From assembly GCA_009779335.1 (NCBI GenBank), contig WREM01000001.1, positions 1 through 38,095 on the forward strand: a stretch of DNA of 38,095 bases. The letters run 5' to 3'. Both the position numbers and the translations under genes were made by a program. This stretch comes from Streptococcaceae bacterium (GTDB lineage Bacteria; Bacillota; Bacilli; Lactobacillales; Streptococcaceae). The notes beneath the pieces are model-generated. The model was not told where the DNA came from. It searched no databases and saw only the letters and a program-made list of their open reading frames with translations. The stretch's first letter is position 1; each line of letters begins with the position of its first letter. Below are positions 1 to 9,735 of the stretch, one piece after another.

Positions 1-1136
1 ACTGCTCCAAGAGTCATAGAAGGTTGAACAGTAATATTGTTTGAAATTTTTGTTGTTTTATTAAGACCGTTTGTCCATGATAATGTTGCAGTCCCTGAAA
101 TTGTTCCATCTGCATTAGTAGCTGTAGGTGTCCAATCGAGTTGAACATTAGCACCTAAGTAAGCCGCATTATCCCAATGAAGGTCGTTATTGGCATAACC
201 ACCACCTTGAGGTCCGAGAGAAACTCCCTGAGAATCTTTATTGAAGCTCCCGTTTGCATCCGTACTCATGATTGTGATTTGGTTCAATGAACTTGTTGCA
301 GAATAACCATCTGGGGAGTTCCCAACTAACGGAAGTTTATTTGGCAAACTTCCTGCACTGCTATAATTCATTGGAGATTGGTCATATTGAGTTAAGTTAG
401 TACCAAAATAGAATGTATTAGGTAATCCATTATAAGTGTTTCCTTGTCCAGGAACTCCAGCTGGCATTACTGTACCATTTGTTCCACCAATACCGAGCAA
501 AGGTCCACTACCATTTAATTTTACATCTTTAGGGGCTGTAGGGGTAAGGATGAATCCCATACCATCAGCCATCCCTTGTTGTTGAGTACCAACCATGATA
601 AGCGGTCCATTTGTCCCTTGAGCAAATGTACCTTGAACAGTTGCTGCTTGCGTCATGTCAATCTGACGTGTTAATTGCATACCACCAACTTGTGTTTGCC
701 CACCATTTAACGCATTATTCCCTGGATCAAGCGTCAACTGTGCAGTTGGTACTTTTTGACCAAACATATTCACACTATTGAGCCATTGAGTAGATCCTTG
801 AGAAAGCCAGTTTGTTCCGTTAGTAATACCATCAGTTGATGCCAAAGGTCCATAAGGAAGCCCTGCGGCTTGGTCGGCATTGCTAACTGTGTCAATCGTT
901 TGGCTAAATGTTGCTGCACTAGCTTTGATTGAAGCATTGGCTGCCGCAGCACTGTCGGCTTGCATAACTTTTGAGACAGATGGTGCTACTGCACCACCCA
1001 CAAGTGCTGAAAGCACGGTTGCTGAGTAAAGCCAAGATTTCCCTGACTTCCACGTACGATAGTTTGTGCGATTAGCTTCAGAACGATTCAATCTTGGGTT
1101 CTTGCTAGCGACATGTTTGTTTGATTTGTTTTTCAC
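1..1136 (-). CDS. Cell-surface protein with KxYKxGKxW-type signal peptide and L-type lectin-like domain (partial; runs off the window's left end)
   Basis: Not in the ORF track because its stop is outside the window. GTG at 1136 follows RBS AAAAGGAGA. Translation VKNKSNKHVASKNPRLNRSEANRTNYRTWKSGKSWLYSATVLSALVGGAVAP..., with later ADGMGFIL (lectin-like). The frame is open to base 1. Confidence 0.8.
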   Translation of the reverse strand, partial: MKNKSNKHVASKNPRLNRSEANRTNYRTWKSGKSWLYSATVLSALVGGAVAPSVSKVMQADSAAAANASIKASAATFSQTIDTVSNADQAAGLPYGPLASTDGITNGTNWLSQGSTQWLNSVNMFGQKVPTAQLTLDPGNNALNGGQTQVGGMQLTRQIDMTQAATVQGTFAQGTNGPLIMVGTQQQGMADGMGFILTPTAPKDVKLNGSGPLLGIGGTNGTVMPAGVPGQGNTYNGLPNTFYFGTNLTQYDQSPMNYSSAGSLPNKLPLVGNSPDGYSATSSLNQITIMSTDANGSFNKDSQGVSLGPQGGGYANNDLHWDNAAYLGANVQLDWTPTATNADGTISGTATLSWTNGLNKTTKISNNITVQPSMTLGA

Positions 1137-1250
1137 AAATTCTCCTTTTCTTTCTTTGTATAAATTTTTACAATTACCTTTACTTAACTTAAATGTAATT
1201 GTTTCTTAATTTTAACATAAATAATGAAAAATTTGTGAAATTAAAAATAT

Positions 1251-1277
1251 AAAAAACATTACCCGAAGAGGCAATGT
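1251..1277 (-). terminator. Intrinsic terminator
   Basis: Minus strand ACATTGCC-TCTTCG-GGTAATGT followed by a T-run. Confidence 0.65.
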
Positions 1278-1451
1278 CTCAGTGGTTTTTTTAGAATTTA
1301 TGTCCTAAAAAAACAGAAAGAAGGAATTGGTTTATGACAGTTGACATGTCGGTTATTTTTATTAGCTGGATATAAATAAGTCGAATGAAAAAGTCATAAT
1401 CCATTTATATTTTACCACTAAAATAAAAAAATACCGTCACCAAGAAATAAT

Positions 1452-1545
1452 AAAAAAAGCTCTCCAGGTAACCGTTGTTGGAGAGCCTAAGCGTTCTCTT
1501 CTTTACAATTTTACGAATTAAGAAAAACTATATTAGTGAGGAACG
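1452..1545 (-). ncRNA. Putative small RNA (unit 2 of a tandem array)
   Basis: Extended -10 TGATATAAT (1551-1559), a 5' stem CGTTC...GAACG, and terminator GCTCTCCA...TGGAGAGC+T7 (1452-1486). No convincing ORF. Confidence 0.5.
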
Positions 1546-1576
1546 ATTCTATTATATCATATATCAAAATAATAAT

Positions 1577-1653
1577 AAAAAAAGACCTCACCATGTAGGC
1601 AAGGTCTTAAAAATTATGAAAAAAATCTAACTATCGCTGTATCGCTAGATACA
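1577..1653 (-). ncRNA. Putative small RNA (unit 1 of a tandem array)
   Basis: Extended -10 TGATATAAT (1660-1668), 5' stem ATCTAGC...GTTAGAT, single-stranded TTTTTCATAATTT, and terminator AAGACCT...AGGTCTT+T-run (1577-1608). Confidence 0.55.
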
Positions 1654-1698
1654 TTTATTATTATATCACATATTAAATTAAATACCTTATGAAATGTA

Positions 1699-2643
1699 TT
1701 ATCTGACTCTCAACCGTTGTCCAATTTGTATAACATTAGGATTTGACAGATTATTGAGCCGTTGGAGGTTTTGCCAAGTTGTACCATATCTTGAAGCAAT
1801 TCCTGAAAGTGTTTCGCCACGTTGAACCACATGAAACTGTTGAGCAGGGGCTGGAGCAGTTCCTTGGTTGATTATCTCCTGGATTCGATTAAAATACGTA
1901 CCGAGCAGACGCTGTCGGTCAGCTCCATTGCCAAAACGCCCTGCACGAGTTTCATTGGCTAAAATCTGATGGGTTTGTGCGGCACTATTTACCTTTGCAC
2001 GTTCATTAACAATAGCTTGAACGCCAGTGAATAAGCTACCAAGAGCTTGTTGACGTGCTGTTCCTGAGCCCCATTTGCCTTGTTGAACTTCTGTCGCTAA
2101 TTGCTCGAGCGTTTTTCCAGAAGGCGATTGTGGGGCAGGCTGTGGAGCAGATGTTTGTTGTCCCATATATTTTCTGATTTCCTGAATAAAGTAATCTTTT
2201 ACTCGATTCACGTCTCGGCCATGAAGTTCCCAAGAGCGATGTGGGCAAGCGGTAGCAGAAAATTCACGGTGTAATCGGACAGTGTCACGATTGGGCTGAA
2301 GATTATATTTTTTCATAAAATCAGCCACATCACGAAAAACAGCTTGTTCATTGGCACGGAAAGTCGCTTCATTTCCCATAGATTGGCAAACTTCCCAAGA
2401 AACTCCCCAAGTATTTGCATTGGTATTTCCTGCATGCCACGCCATATTATTATAAGATTCTGCTTGCCATCTGCCATCAGAGGCAATATAGACATGGGCA
2501 AATCCTAAAGTCGCCTGACGTGTCGGCAACCACCCTCGATAAAAAGCAGTGGTTGCGTTTTGGCTTCCTGCATCATTATGTATTACAACAAATCGAGGTG
2601 CTCCTGGTCGAGCACCCACAATTCCTGGTCTAAAATTACTCAT
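1699..2643 (-). CDS. Endolysin: N-acetylmuramoyl-L-alanine amidase (Amidase_2) with Cpl-7/CW_7-like repeats and C-terminal LysM
   Basis: VVIHNDAG, AWHAGN, SWEVCQ and LHREFSATACP amidase motifs; repeats LATEVQQGKWGSG..RQQALG and LANETRAGRFGNGADRQRLLG; LysM HVVQRGETLSGIASRYG...IQIGQRLRV. Confidence 0.92.
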   Translation of the reverse strand: MSNFRPGIVGARPGAPRFVVIHNDAGSQNATTAFYRGWLPTRQATLGFAHVYIASDGRWQAESYNNMAWHAGNTNANTWGVSWEVCQSMGNEATFRANEQAVFRDVADFMKKYNLQPNRDTVRLHREFSATACPHRSWELHGRDVNRVKDYFIQEIRKYMGQQTSAPQPAPQSPSGKTLEQLATEVQQGKWGSGTARQQALGSLFTGVQAIVNERAKVNSAAQTHQILANETRAGRFGNGADRQRLLGTYFNRIQEIINQGTAPAPAQQFHVVQRGETLSGIASRYGTTWQNLQRLNNLSNPNVIQIGQRLRVR

Positions 2644-3037
2644 AGTCTTTCTCCTTTGTTTTATTTATTACTTCTTTTTGTAATTTACTATCGATCCATT
2701 GCTCGATGCCGTTTGGAATCCAACCGCCCATCTTCTTCCAGTTAATCAATATACTTGAGAGATAACTCAAGGAAAGCATGATAAGGAAGCCATCAACGGC
2801 AAAGTGTAAGGCTTTGGCTTGCAAAAATGGATAAACCAATGTCACACATAAGACCAAAAGTCCGTGCATGACAAGCCCTTCACGAAATTTCCTACTGTTG
2901 TAGTCGTTTTGAGCCCAAGCTCGACCCACACCAAGAATGATGTCAAAGGTCACAGCGACAATCAGGCCAAGATAGACCAGATTGTCTGTAATGTTAAAAA
3001 AATAAAAGCCTCTATAAATTTCTAGTAATTCGTTCAT
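2636..3037 (-). CDS. Phage holin
   Basis: Hydrophobic segments, FDIILGVGRAW...NSRKFREGL and SILINWKKMGGWIP holin-type motifs; directly upstream of the lysin. Start reassigned to ATG 3037 after RBS GAGAGGA. Confidence 0.85.
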   Translation of the reverse strand: MNELLEIYRGFYFFNITDNLVYLGLIVAVTFDIILGVGRAWAQNDYNSRKFREGLVMHGLLVLCVTLVYPFLQAKALHFAVDGFLIMLSLSYLSSILINWKKMGGWIPNGIEQWIDSKLQKEVINKTKEKDYE

Positions 3038-3048
3038 ATTTATCCTCT

Positions 3049-4275
3049 CTAGTCCACACGATACATAATATCTGACCATATATTTCCAGACTTCCCGTAA
3101 AAATGTAATTGAAGAAGCCCCCAGGCTCTTATTTGTATAGCGATTGTTTCGGTAGTTCCCATTATATTAGCGACCCACATCGTTCCCCATTCAGTGATTG
3201 GACGTGATGGTTTTGCTTCTTCTGGTAGCTCAATATCGCCTTGCCAAGCAGTATATTGTGTATTTATTTGTAAATTACAAAGCCCATTTACAATCCGATA
3301 AGACACATTTGCATTAACGGTTTTCCAGCCTGTATCACTTTTCTTGATATACTGGCTGTCGTCTGTCAACTTATCAGCTTTCAAAGCGTGCTCTATCGAT
3401 CCTTTAAGTGGTTCAGATAGCTCTAAAATGTCTGCTGTGACCTTTTTCTTGTTGTCAGGTGTCATAGCCATAAATTGACTAATAAACGCTGTACGCTCCA
3501 AATCTCGAGCTTCTCGTACCCCTTCAGCTGCGGCTCTTGAACTTTCTGAATTTGCTCGATTAAATTCAGCGGTGACTCTCAATGCTTCAGCATTTGACCG
3601 CTGATTCTCAGCGTTTTTGCGGTCTTGTTCTGATGTAAGCCGTGTATTTTCAGATGACTGCCTCAAATCCTCAGCAGATATACGACCAACTTCACCCAAA
3701 ATTCGCTCATTTTCAGAGATTATCCTTTGGTTTTCAGATGTTTTGCGATTAGCTTCTGCACTTAAACGCTCATTTTCTGAACTTACTCGAATAGCTTCTG
3801 CTTTTTCAAAATCTTCCCACTGTGCCTCAGCTAGTTCTTGGAAGCTCAAAAAGTTTTGTTTAATGATTTCATAAGTTGAAATATAGTAATCTGATTGGCT
3901 TACGGTCAAATCTGCATTTTCAACTACTCTTAAAACAAAGTTGACAGTAGTAATGGTCTTCTTGTTTTCATCTTGGATTTCAAAATAAGCCAAATTGAAA
4001 ATCCCATCGACTGAAAAGTTATCTGATCCAAAATTATACTCAAATAAGCCGTCATTAGCTCTTAAAATTGTTCCTTTACCGTCGGTGTATTCACCTTTTG
4101 CATTGATTCCTTTGAAAAACAAAGTGCAGCCCTTGATGTTACAGGGCTTTCCTCCTTTTATAACATAGACATGAATAAATCTTCCTGTTTCTCCGACTCG
4201 TCCCACAATCGGCGTTTCAGGACTTTGCCTCGATTTGTCAAGATCGACACTTATCGTTTGAACTGCTTCTTCCAT
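3049..4275 (-). CDS. Baseplate upper protein (BppU-like N-terminus) with coiled-coil stalk and putative receptor-binding head
   Basis: BppU-like N-terminus (IVGRVGETGR...GLFEYNF...AYFEI...TTVNFVLRV), ExxR heptad repeats, and DTGWKTV...YRIVNG fibre-head motif. Confidence 0.75.
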   Translation of the reverse strand: MEEAVQTISVDLDKSRQSPETPIVGRVGETGRFIHVYVIKGGKPCNIKGCTLFFKGINAKGEYTDGKGTILRANDGLFEYNFGSDNFSVDGIFNLAYFEIQDENKKTITTVNFVLRVVENADLTVSQSDYYISTYEIIKQNFLSFQELAEAQWEDFEKAEAIRVSSENERLSAEANRKTSENQRIISENERILGEVGRISAEDLRQSSENTRLTSEQDRKNAENQRSNAEALRVTAEFNRANSESSRAAAEGVREARDLERTAFISQFMAMTPDNKKKVTADILELSEPLKGSIEHALKADKLTDDSQYIKKSDTGWKTVNANVSYRIVNGLCNLQINTQYTAWQGDIELPEEAKPSRPITEWGTMWVANIMGTTETIAIQIRAWGLLQLHFYGKSGNIWSDIMYRVD

Positions 4276-4689
4276 CTAGCCCCTTTCTAATTTTTCACAA
4301 ATAAGGTCAAACACTTCCGCTTCTTTCCCTGAAAATGTTTCACTGTAATTATTGAGTGCTTCTAAAAGACTTTGAACTTGCAAGCTATACTCGCTTAAAT
4401 TCACAGATAAAAGCTCGCCATAAAGTTCATTAAAAGCCATTAAAAAAGCACCTTCTTTTTCTTTATCGGAAAAAACAAAGTGCCCATCTTCTTGTTTAGG
4501 TTGACCATCACTATCTAAATCAGCGTATTTTTGAATAAGCTCCAAACGGTCCGTATCATATTCTTGGAATTTATCCTTGAATTGATTGACAATTTTCGTA
4601 CGGTGTCGGCTGACTGCTCCTGAAAGTTTTAATCCAAAAATCAGTTCCGTAGTCTCAAGAAGTTCCTGAGGATATAATTTGATTATCAT
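4276..4689 (-). CDS. Phage tail-region protein (DUF1617-like)
   Basis: LKLSGAVSRHRTK...ELIQKYADLD motif; position between Tal and BppU. Confidence 0.6.
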   Translation of the reverse strand: MIIKLYPQELLETTELIFGLKLSGAVSRHRTKIVNQFKDKFQEYDTDRLELIQKYADLDSDGQPKQEDGHFVFSDKEKEGAFLMAFNELYGELLSVNLSEYSLQVQSLLEALNNYSETFSGKEAEVFDLICEKLERG

Positions 4690-4704
4690 TTGTTGTCTCC
4701 TTTT

Positions 4705-6660
4705 TTATGCTATTTTTGTCCTTGCACCAGTTGCTGAAATTGCATATAGTCCATCTTTTCCGAATCCAATTCCCCAGCCGTTCCCACTGGAAACATCACG
4801 AATTATTGGGCATGTTACACCAGACCCAGTGCCAAGAGCATAGGTTGTAAAACTAAGGACATGATCCTTATGACCACAAGCAACAGGCTGGTTAAAATGT
4901 ACCCTGTCAAAGAAAGTAAATCCTGCCGAAACATTCGTCCAAGAAGGTGCAGTCCTGCTCCACAGAAGTCTTGGAGTGTCATTGGTACTTCCAGAATTTC
5001 TTGCAGTAATCGCAAAAATATTTGTGCTTTCATACAGTCTGATTGACGGCCCTGGTCCGTAAGAGGTAAGCGTTGTATAAACCATCGTCGCTTTCAGGAG
5101 AGCATCTCCATAAAAGTTCAATCCACTACTATCTAATGATGTGATGAGTGAAGTTCCACTATAAAAGTTAATAGCTGTCGGCGTTATTCGGACTGTACTG
5201 TTCCAAGAAGCCAATCCGACCTGAACCGCATTAGTTGCAAGTTTATCTGATGTGATACTATTCGCACCAATACGGGCAGCATTGAGTGTTCCTGTCGTAA
5301 TATTAGCGGCATTGATATTAGTAATATTCACATTTGAAGCATTAATTGTGCCTGTGGTGATATTTGAAGCATCAAGAGGAACATCAGCCAAAAGATTAAC
5401 CCACGAGCCATTTATATATTTGAAAATATTTGACACGTCGCCGTCTTGTTGGAAATATAAATCTCCACCTGATGCGTTTTCTGGAAATCCAGCACTTGCG
5501 TTTCCGTAAAAGTTTGTACTTTTTCCGTCAGCTCCTAAAATGGCATTTAATGCCTGCTGTTGCAAACTTGATGTCGCTGCCCTGACTTCGGCCAAAGAGC
5601 TGTTTACAATGCTCGAGAGCGTTGCTTTTTTAGCTCCTAGGCGGTAATTCTTATAAGTTTCTCCGAGAACATCCCAAGTTGTTTCCATGACCCGAGCTTC
5701 AGTTTCAATATCAAATTCCGTGAAAAAGACCTTGACTGTATCTGCAAGGTCTAAAATTTCAGGTGCTGTTTTATCAATCATTTTGGAGAAATCCAACGTT
5801 GAAATATTCATACTGACTTTTGGCACACCGACTTCATTTTCAATAATATAACGCTGCGCACGAGTTCGGAGCTTAGATTCACTAAATGGCTCATCCAATT
5901 CAAACTCATCTGAAAAATCTACTAAAAGCGTACGCCTGTTTGGATATTTATTGATATAGTCACTATCAACCACAAGCTCTGGCAATGTATAAACTTTTTC
6001 ATCCATTACAACCACAGGATAAATACTGGTGTAGGTGTTCAAAATACTTTCTTCTTGCTCGAAATTAGTCAAGTTGCGACCGTAAGCCAATAGTGTATTT
6101 GAATAACGCCCACGCTGTGTATGTAATCTGATGTGATAATTATCGAACTCATACTCACCGCCCCAATAATCAAGAATTGACCCACGACGACCAGCCAAAA
6201 CTTGACGTGGATTTTCAAAGTCTGGCACTTTCCATTCACTGGTTGAAACAGTATTGTTAGATGACCAAAACGTGAACGGGTGGGGTTCTAAAATAGATTG
6301 ACCCCATGCTTGTAATGCTTGCAATCCATCACAATTCAGTGCCGTAGTTTGCGGTTTGAGTGTCAGTTCTTGGGTTAAATAACTGATGTGTTCTGCATGG
6401 ACTTTCAGATTGCCTTTCAAATCTTTTGTGACTTGTGCAATCCTAAAGCGTTGTTTTTTCAGTACGTTCCCAGCGTCTGCCAAAATAATATTATTGATTT
6501 TAAGGTGATTGGAGTAAGCCCCACCTTTTTTGTAGGTCAAATCAAGCTCAAACTTATCATTTAAGCCTTCAGTAACCACACAAGTCAGGCTGTCTGTTAA
6601 TATTCCAATCCCTAGATTTTCAAAATTTTCTGTGCTTGCACTATAAATTCTTGGTGTCAT
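4705..6660 (-). CDS. Tail-associated protein / phage tail endopeptidase-like (Tal) with C-terminal fibre-like extension
   Basis: GIGILTDSLTCVVTE, GSILDYWGGEYEFDNY, AYGRNLT; ITTGT repeats. Start ATG 6660 after GGAGG, overlapping the Dit stop. Confidence 0.82.
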   Translation of the reverse strand: MTPRIYSASTENFENLGIGILTDSLTCVVTEGLNDKFELDLTYKKGGAYSNHLKINNIILADAGNVLKKQRFRIAQVTKDLKGNLKVHAEHISYLTQELTLKPQTTALNCDGLQALQAWGQSILEPHPFTFWSSNNTVSTSEWKVPDFENPRQVLAGRRGSILDYWGGEYEFDNYHIRLHTQRGRYSNTLLAYGRNLTNFEQEESILNTYTSIYPVVVMDEKVYTLPELVVDSDYINKYPNRRTLLVDFSDEFELDEPFSESKLRTRAQRYIIENEVGVPKVSMNISTLDFSKMIDKTAPEILDLADTVKVFFTEFDIETEARVMETTWDVLGETYKNYRLGAKKATLSSIVNSSLAEVRAATSSLQQQALNAILGADGKSTNFYGNASAGFPENASGGDLYFQQDGDVSNIFKYINGSWVNLLADVPLDASNITTGTINASNVNITNINAANITTGTLNAARIGANSITSDKLATNAVQVGLASWNSTVRITPTAINFYSGTSLITSLDSSGLNFYGDALLKATMVYTTLTSYGPGPSIRLYESTNIFAITARNSGSTNDTPRLLWSRTAPSWTNVSAGFTFFDRVHFNQPVACGHKDHVLSFTTYALGTGSGVTCPIIRDVSSGNGWGIGFGKDGLYAISATGARTKIA

Positions 6661-7385
6661 ACTCTTAGCCTCCATTTCGGTATGATCGAGACAGAAAAGT
6701 TAGGCTGTGTGTTCCACTCAACCACACTCGTCCCGAGTGGTATTGACGGGAAAGGGTAAGTATTGACTAATTGCATAACACTTTCTGTCCCTGAAAGATT
6801 GGTCACAGTTTGATTTTCACAATCAATCACTGCTCCATCAGTTAGATTTTTCAAGACAAAATCTTTTTCTCCGATGTTTAATGTAATATTTCCTGTCCCT
6901 GTAATCCGAATAATAGGGAGGGCTGGTAATCGTCCAGCATTGACCACCGATTCGCCATTGAATAAAGTTCTTTCAGCGAGCCCTGTTTTAACAAACTTAT
7001 TCGGTTGAAACTGGAAAGGCACTTCAAAAAAAGCAACACGTGGATTTCTACGAGTGATAGACGTTTGACCGACAATGCGTGCCAAATATTGATTTTCTAT
7101 ATCTCCTGCCCACTCAAAAGGCCTAAAACCTGTCATGTTAGAAAGCCAGTCTTTGGCTTCATAAATCTGCTTTTCAATGTTTGAATAATTTCTCGGATTA
7201 AAAGTCATCAAAAAAGAAAGTGGAAAATCAATCGATTCAAGACGGTCACGGTCAAGTAAGACTAAGCCATCACGACCTGCAACTTTTACTTCTTCAATTT
7301 GTTTTTGTGCACTTAAAAATTTAATTTCAGACCTCAAAGCGAGGCCGAAATCCGTTAAGTTTTTATTATTAAATTTAACACTCAA
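6657..7385 (-). CDS. Distal tail protein (Dit)
   Basis: Follows the TMP; VAGRDG, FQFQPNKF, NAGRLPALPIIRITGTG, IIPKWR motifs. Confidence 0.8.
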   Translation of the reverse strand: MSVKFNNKNLTDFGLALRSEIKFLSAQKQIEEVKVAGRDGLVLLDRDRLESIDFPLSFLMTFNPRNYSNIEKQIYEAKDWLSNMTGFRPFEWAGDIENQYLARIVGQTSITRRNPRVAFFEVPFQFQPNKFVKTGLAERTLFNGESVVNAGRLPALPIIRITGTGNITLNIGEKDFVLKNLTDGAVIDCENQTVTNLSGTESVMQLVNTYPFPSIPLGTSVVEWNTQPNFSVSIIPKWRLRV

Positions 7386-9655
7386 AAGCTACCCCTCTCA
7401 TCTTTTAGCATACGGTCTGCAATTTTCTCAAGTGTCTCGACAATGTCCTCTTCACCTGACCATTCCACGTTAAACTGATTATGATTGACGACCGTGCGAT
7501 TACTTGTGTTTGTTGTTCCAAGGCCAATATCACCAGAAACACCTGCAATGGCAAGTTCTGGCGATAGAGCTTTGCCTAAAATAATATTGTTCATCTCATC
7601 CATTGCTTGCTGAACACCTTTGATATTGGTTGAAATACCAATCGCCAATCCTTCAGGGATCATCTTACCGATTTGGTCACGGAAAACACTTGAAGGCGAT
7701 TTGATACCGAGGAAGCCCTTCACGCCATCAAGCATAGCACCACCTATGTTTTTAACGGCATTTACTGCATTGTTAAACATTGAACCAACACCGTTAATTA
7801 AACCTTGAATGATGTCTTTTCCGATTTGAAAGAGGTCAATATTTCTTACAACGTTCAAAACGGCATTTTTCATTTCATTAAACTTATCAAGAGCTCTGCC
7901 AGGCAGCGACGCAAACCAGTTAATGATTCCATCGATAATTTCTTTTGCTTTTCTAAGCAAATCATCTTTTGTAGTTCCAAAGAATCGCAAAATAAAGTCG
8001 ATGGCGTTTGAAAAAGTCTTTTTAATGTACTCCCAAACAGCACCGAAAATATCTTTAATTCCATTCCACACCATGGTCCAGTCGCCGTTAATGATTCCAG
8101 TTACAACCTTTATAATACCCATAATGATATTGATGGCGGTCTCGACAATGTTTTTTATCTGATTCCACACGGGTTCTAAAATAAATACCAGAGCCATAAA
8201 GACTTGGCCGATAACCTCGCAAATTTTTCCAACAGCTTGCATGATCTGAGTCCCATTTTCGTCCCAGAATTTTTTAATGCTTGAAATGATTGAATTAAAC
8301 CACCCTATCAAAGCATCAATAGCTGGTTGTATAAATTGCAGAAATTCATGGACTTTATTTCTGAAAGTTTCAGAACTTGCATAAGCCACCGCAAAAGCGG
8401 TCACTAAAAGATAAATAATTCCTATAACCATACCGACAGGATTTGAAAATAGGGTTAAGAAAGACCCTGCCTTTTCTATCATTGTTCCCATTGTGAAGAA
8501 GGAAACTCCAACGGCTAAAACAGCAGGTATAATTGGCAATATCTTTTCAATGACTGGCCACCATTTTTCAATAGCTGTGACAATATTCGTGATAATTGGT
8601 CCGACTTGTTTTCCAAGATTATCGAAAACAGTAATTAGACTCTTCATAATATCTTTAATTTTGTCCTCACCGATTGATTCGATGATCGATTCACCGAAAC
8701 GAGCAAAGGCGGATTTGATATTTCCGATAATTCCTTCAAAGGTCACACCAGTAGCGGCCATAACTCCGCCCATGTTAGACCATTCAGCGTCAATTTTAGA
8801 AGCACCTTTTGAGAGAATTTCCTCAAATTGTGCCCATGACATTGAACCGCCTTCCATGTTCTTTCTGACTTCATCCATTGACCAACCTGTGGCATCAGAG
8901 ACCATTTTCATGGCATTAGGTACAGCAAGTTTGAACTGGTCAAAGGTTCGGAGTGTCACACGACCATCAGCGGCCATTTTAGCAAGAGCATCTCCTGCCT
9001 GTGCCAATCCTTCTTCAGTTGCATTTCCGACACCTGCAAGGATTTTGGACATATCCTTGAATACATCCACTGACCTATGCAGGTCCATTCCAGTTGCATT
9101 AAATGCGGCCACTGCTTTGGAAGCCGTAGGCATGGAGATAGATGTCCCACGTACAAAGGCGTTGACTGAAGCCGTTGCAACAGCGGCAGCCTCAGGATAA
9201 CCTTTGGCCAAGTATTTATCTACAACTTGCCCAAATTCAGATAAAGACATCTGTGTACCTTTTGTCATACGTTCGGCGGCTGTTTTTACATCACCGAAAG
9301 ATTTGTCAGCGTCTGCTCCCATAGATTTGAAAGTCATGTTTGCCTTTGTCATGGCATCCATACGTTCCATACCACTTTGTACGGCTTTTACGACACCAGC
9401 GACTGAAATCCCAACTGTGGCGAGTGTTGTAGCTGCACCACCACCAAAGGCTTTCATTGTTCCGCCGACTTCTTGGAGTTGACCACCGAACTTACCAAGA
9501 CCAGCCATAGCGGCATTGAACATTCCGCCCATACCAGTACCTGTTTTATTAGAATTTCTTTCTAAACCATCAAGTTGGTTACGAGTCTGTGCAATTTGCT
9601 GATTGACGTTTCCGCTGTCGAGGTCAATTTGTATTAAGACTTTACCATCAGCCAT
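7382..9655 (-). CDS. Tail tape measure protein (757 aa)
   Basis: MADGKVLIQIDLD start after GAGGAGGTG; Ala/Gly-rich helical body, Trp-periodic repeats, LGIKSPSSVF motif. Confidence 0.92.
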   Translation of the reverse strand: MADGKVLIQIDLDSGNVNQQIAQTRNQLDGLERNSNKTGTGMGGMFNAAMAGLGKFGGQLQEVGGTMKAFGGGAATTLATVGISVAGVVKAVQSGMERMDAMTKANMTFKSMGADADKSFGDVKTAAERMTKGTQMSLSEFGQVVDKYLAKGYPEAAAVATASVNAFVRGTSISMPTASKAVAAFNATGMDLHRSVDVFKDMSKILAGVGNATEEGLAQAGDALAKMAADGRVTLRTFDQFKLAVPNAMKMVSDATGWSMDEVRKNMEGGSMSWAQFEEILSKGASKIDAEWSNMGGVMAATGVTFEGIIGNIKSAFARFGESIIESIGEDKIKDIMKSLITVFDNLGKQVGPIITNIVTAIEKWWPVIEKILPIIPAVLAVGVSFFTMGTMIEKAGSFLTLFSNPVGMVIGIIYLLVTAFAVAYASSETFRNKVHEFLQFIQPAIDALIGWFNSIISSIKKFWDENGTQIMQAVGKICEVIGQVFMALVFILEPVWNQIKNIVETAINIIMGIIKVVTGIINGDWTMVWNGIKDIFGAVWEYIKKTFSNAIDFILRFFGTTKDDLLRKAKEIIDGIINWFASLPGRALDKFNEMKNAVLNVVRNIDLFQIGKDIIQGLINGVGSMFNNAVNAVKNIGGAMLDGVKGFLGIKSPSSVFRDQIGKMIPEGLAIGISTNIKGVQQAMDEMNNIILGKALSPELAIAGVSGDIGLGTTNTSNRTVVNHNQFNVEWSGEEDIVETLEKIADRMLKDERGSF

Positions 9656-9684
9656 GTTCCACCTCCTCTCATTTCTAGGCATAC

Positions 9685-9710
9685 AAAAAACTCAGTCAAA
9701 TTTGACTGAG
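9685..9710 (-). terminator. Intrinsic terminator of the tail-operon moron
   Basis: Perfect palindrome CTCAGTCAAATTTGACTGAG followed by T6 on the minus strand. Confidence 0.7.
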
Positions 9711-9735
9711 CATCGTTATTTTTTTAAGTTAGATA

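Noticed and set aside
770-952. 60 aa minus-strand ORF in the track
   Set aside because: Out of frame within the real surface-protein CDS (1-1136).
1334-1375. Plus-strand 13 aa ORF MTVDMSVIFISWI after a strong RBS
   Set aside because: Too short to support. It may be the complement of an anti-SD motif or a stub cut by phage integration.
8493-9482. Long plus-strand ORFs (235 aa and 92 aa) antisense to the tape measure gene
   Set aside because: Shadow frames of an Ala/Gly-rich gene; no RBS or recognisable motifs.
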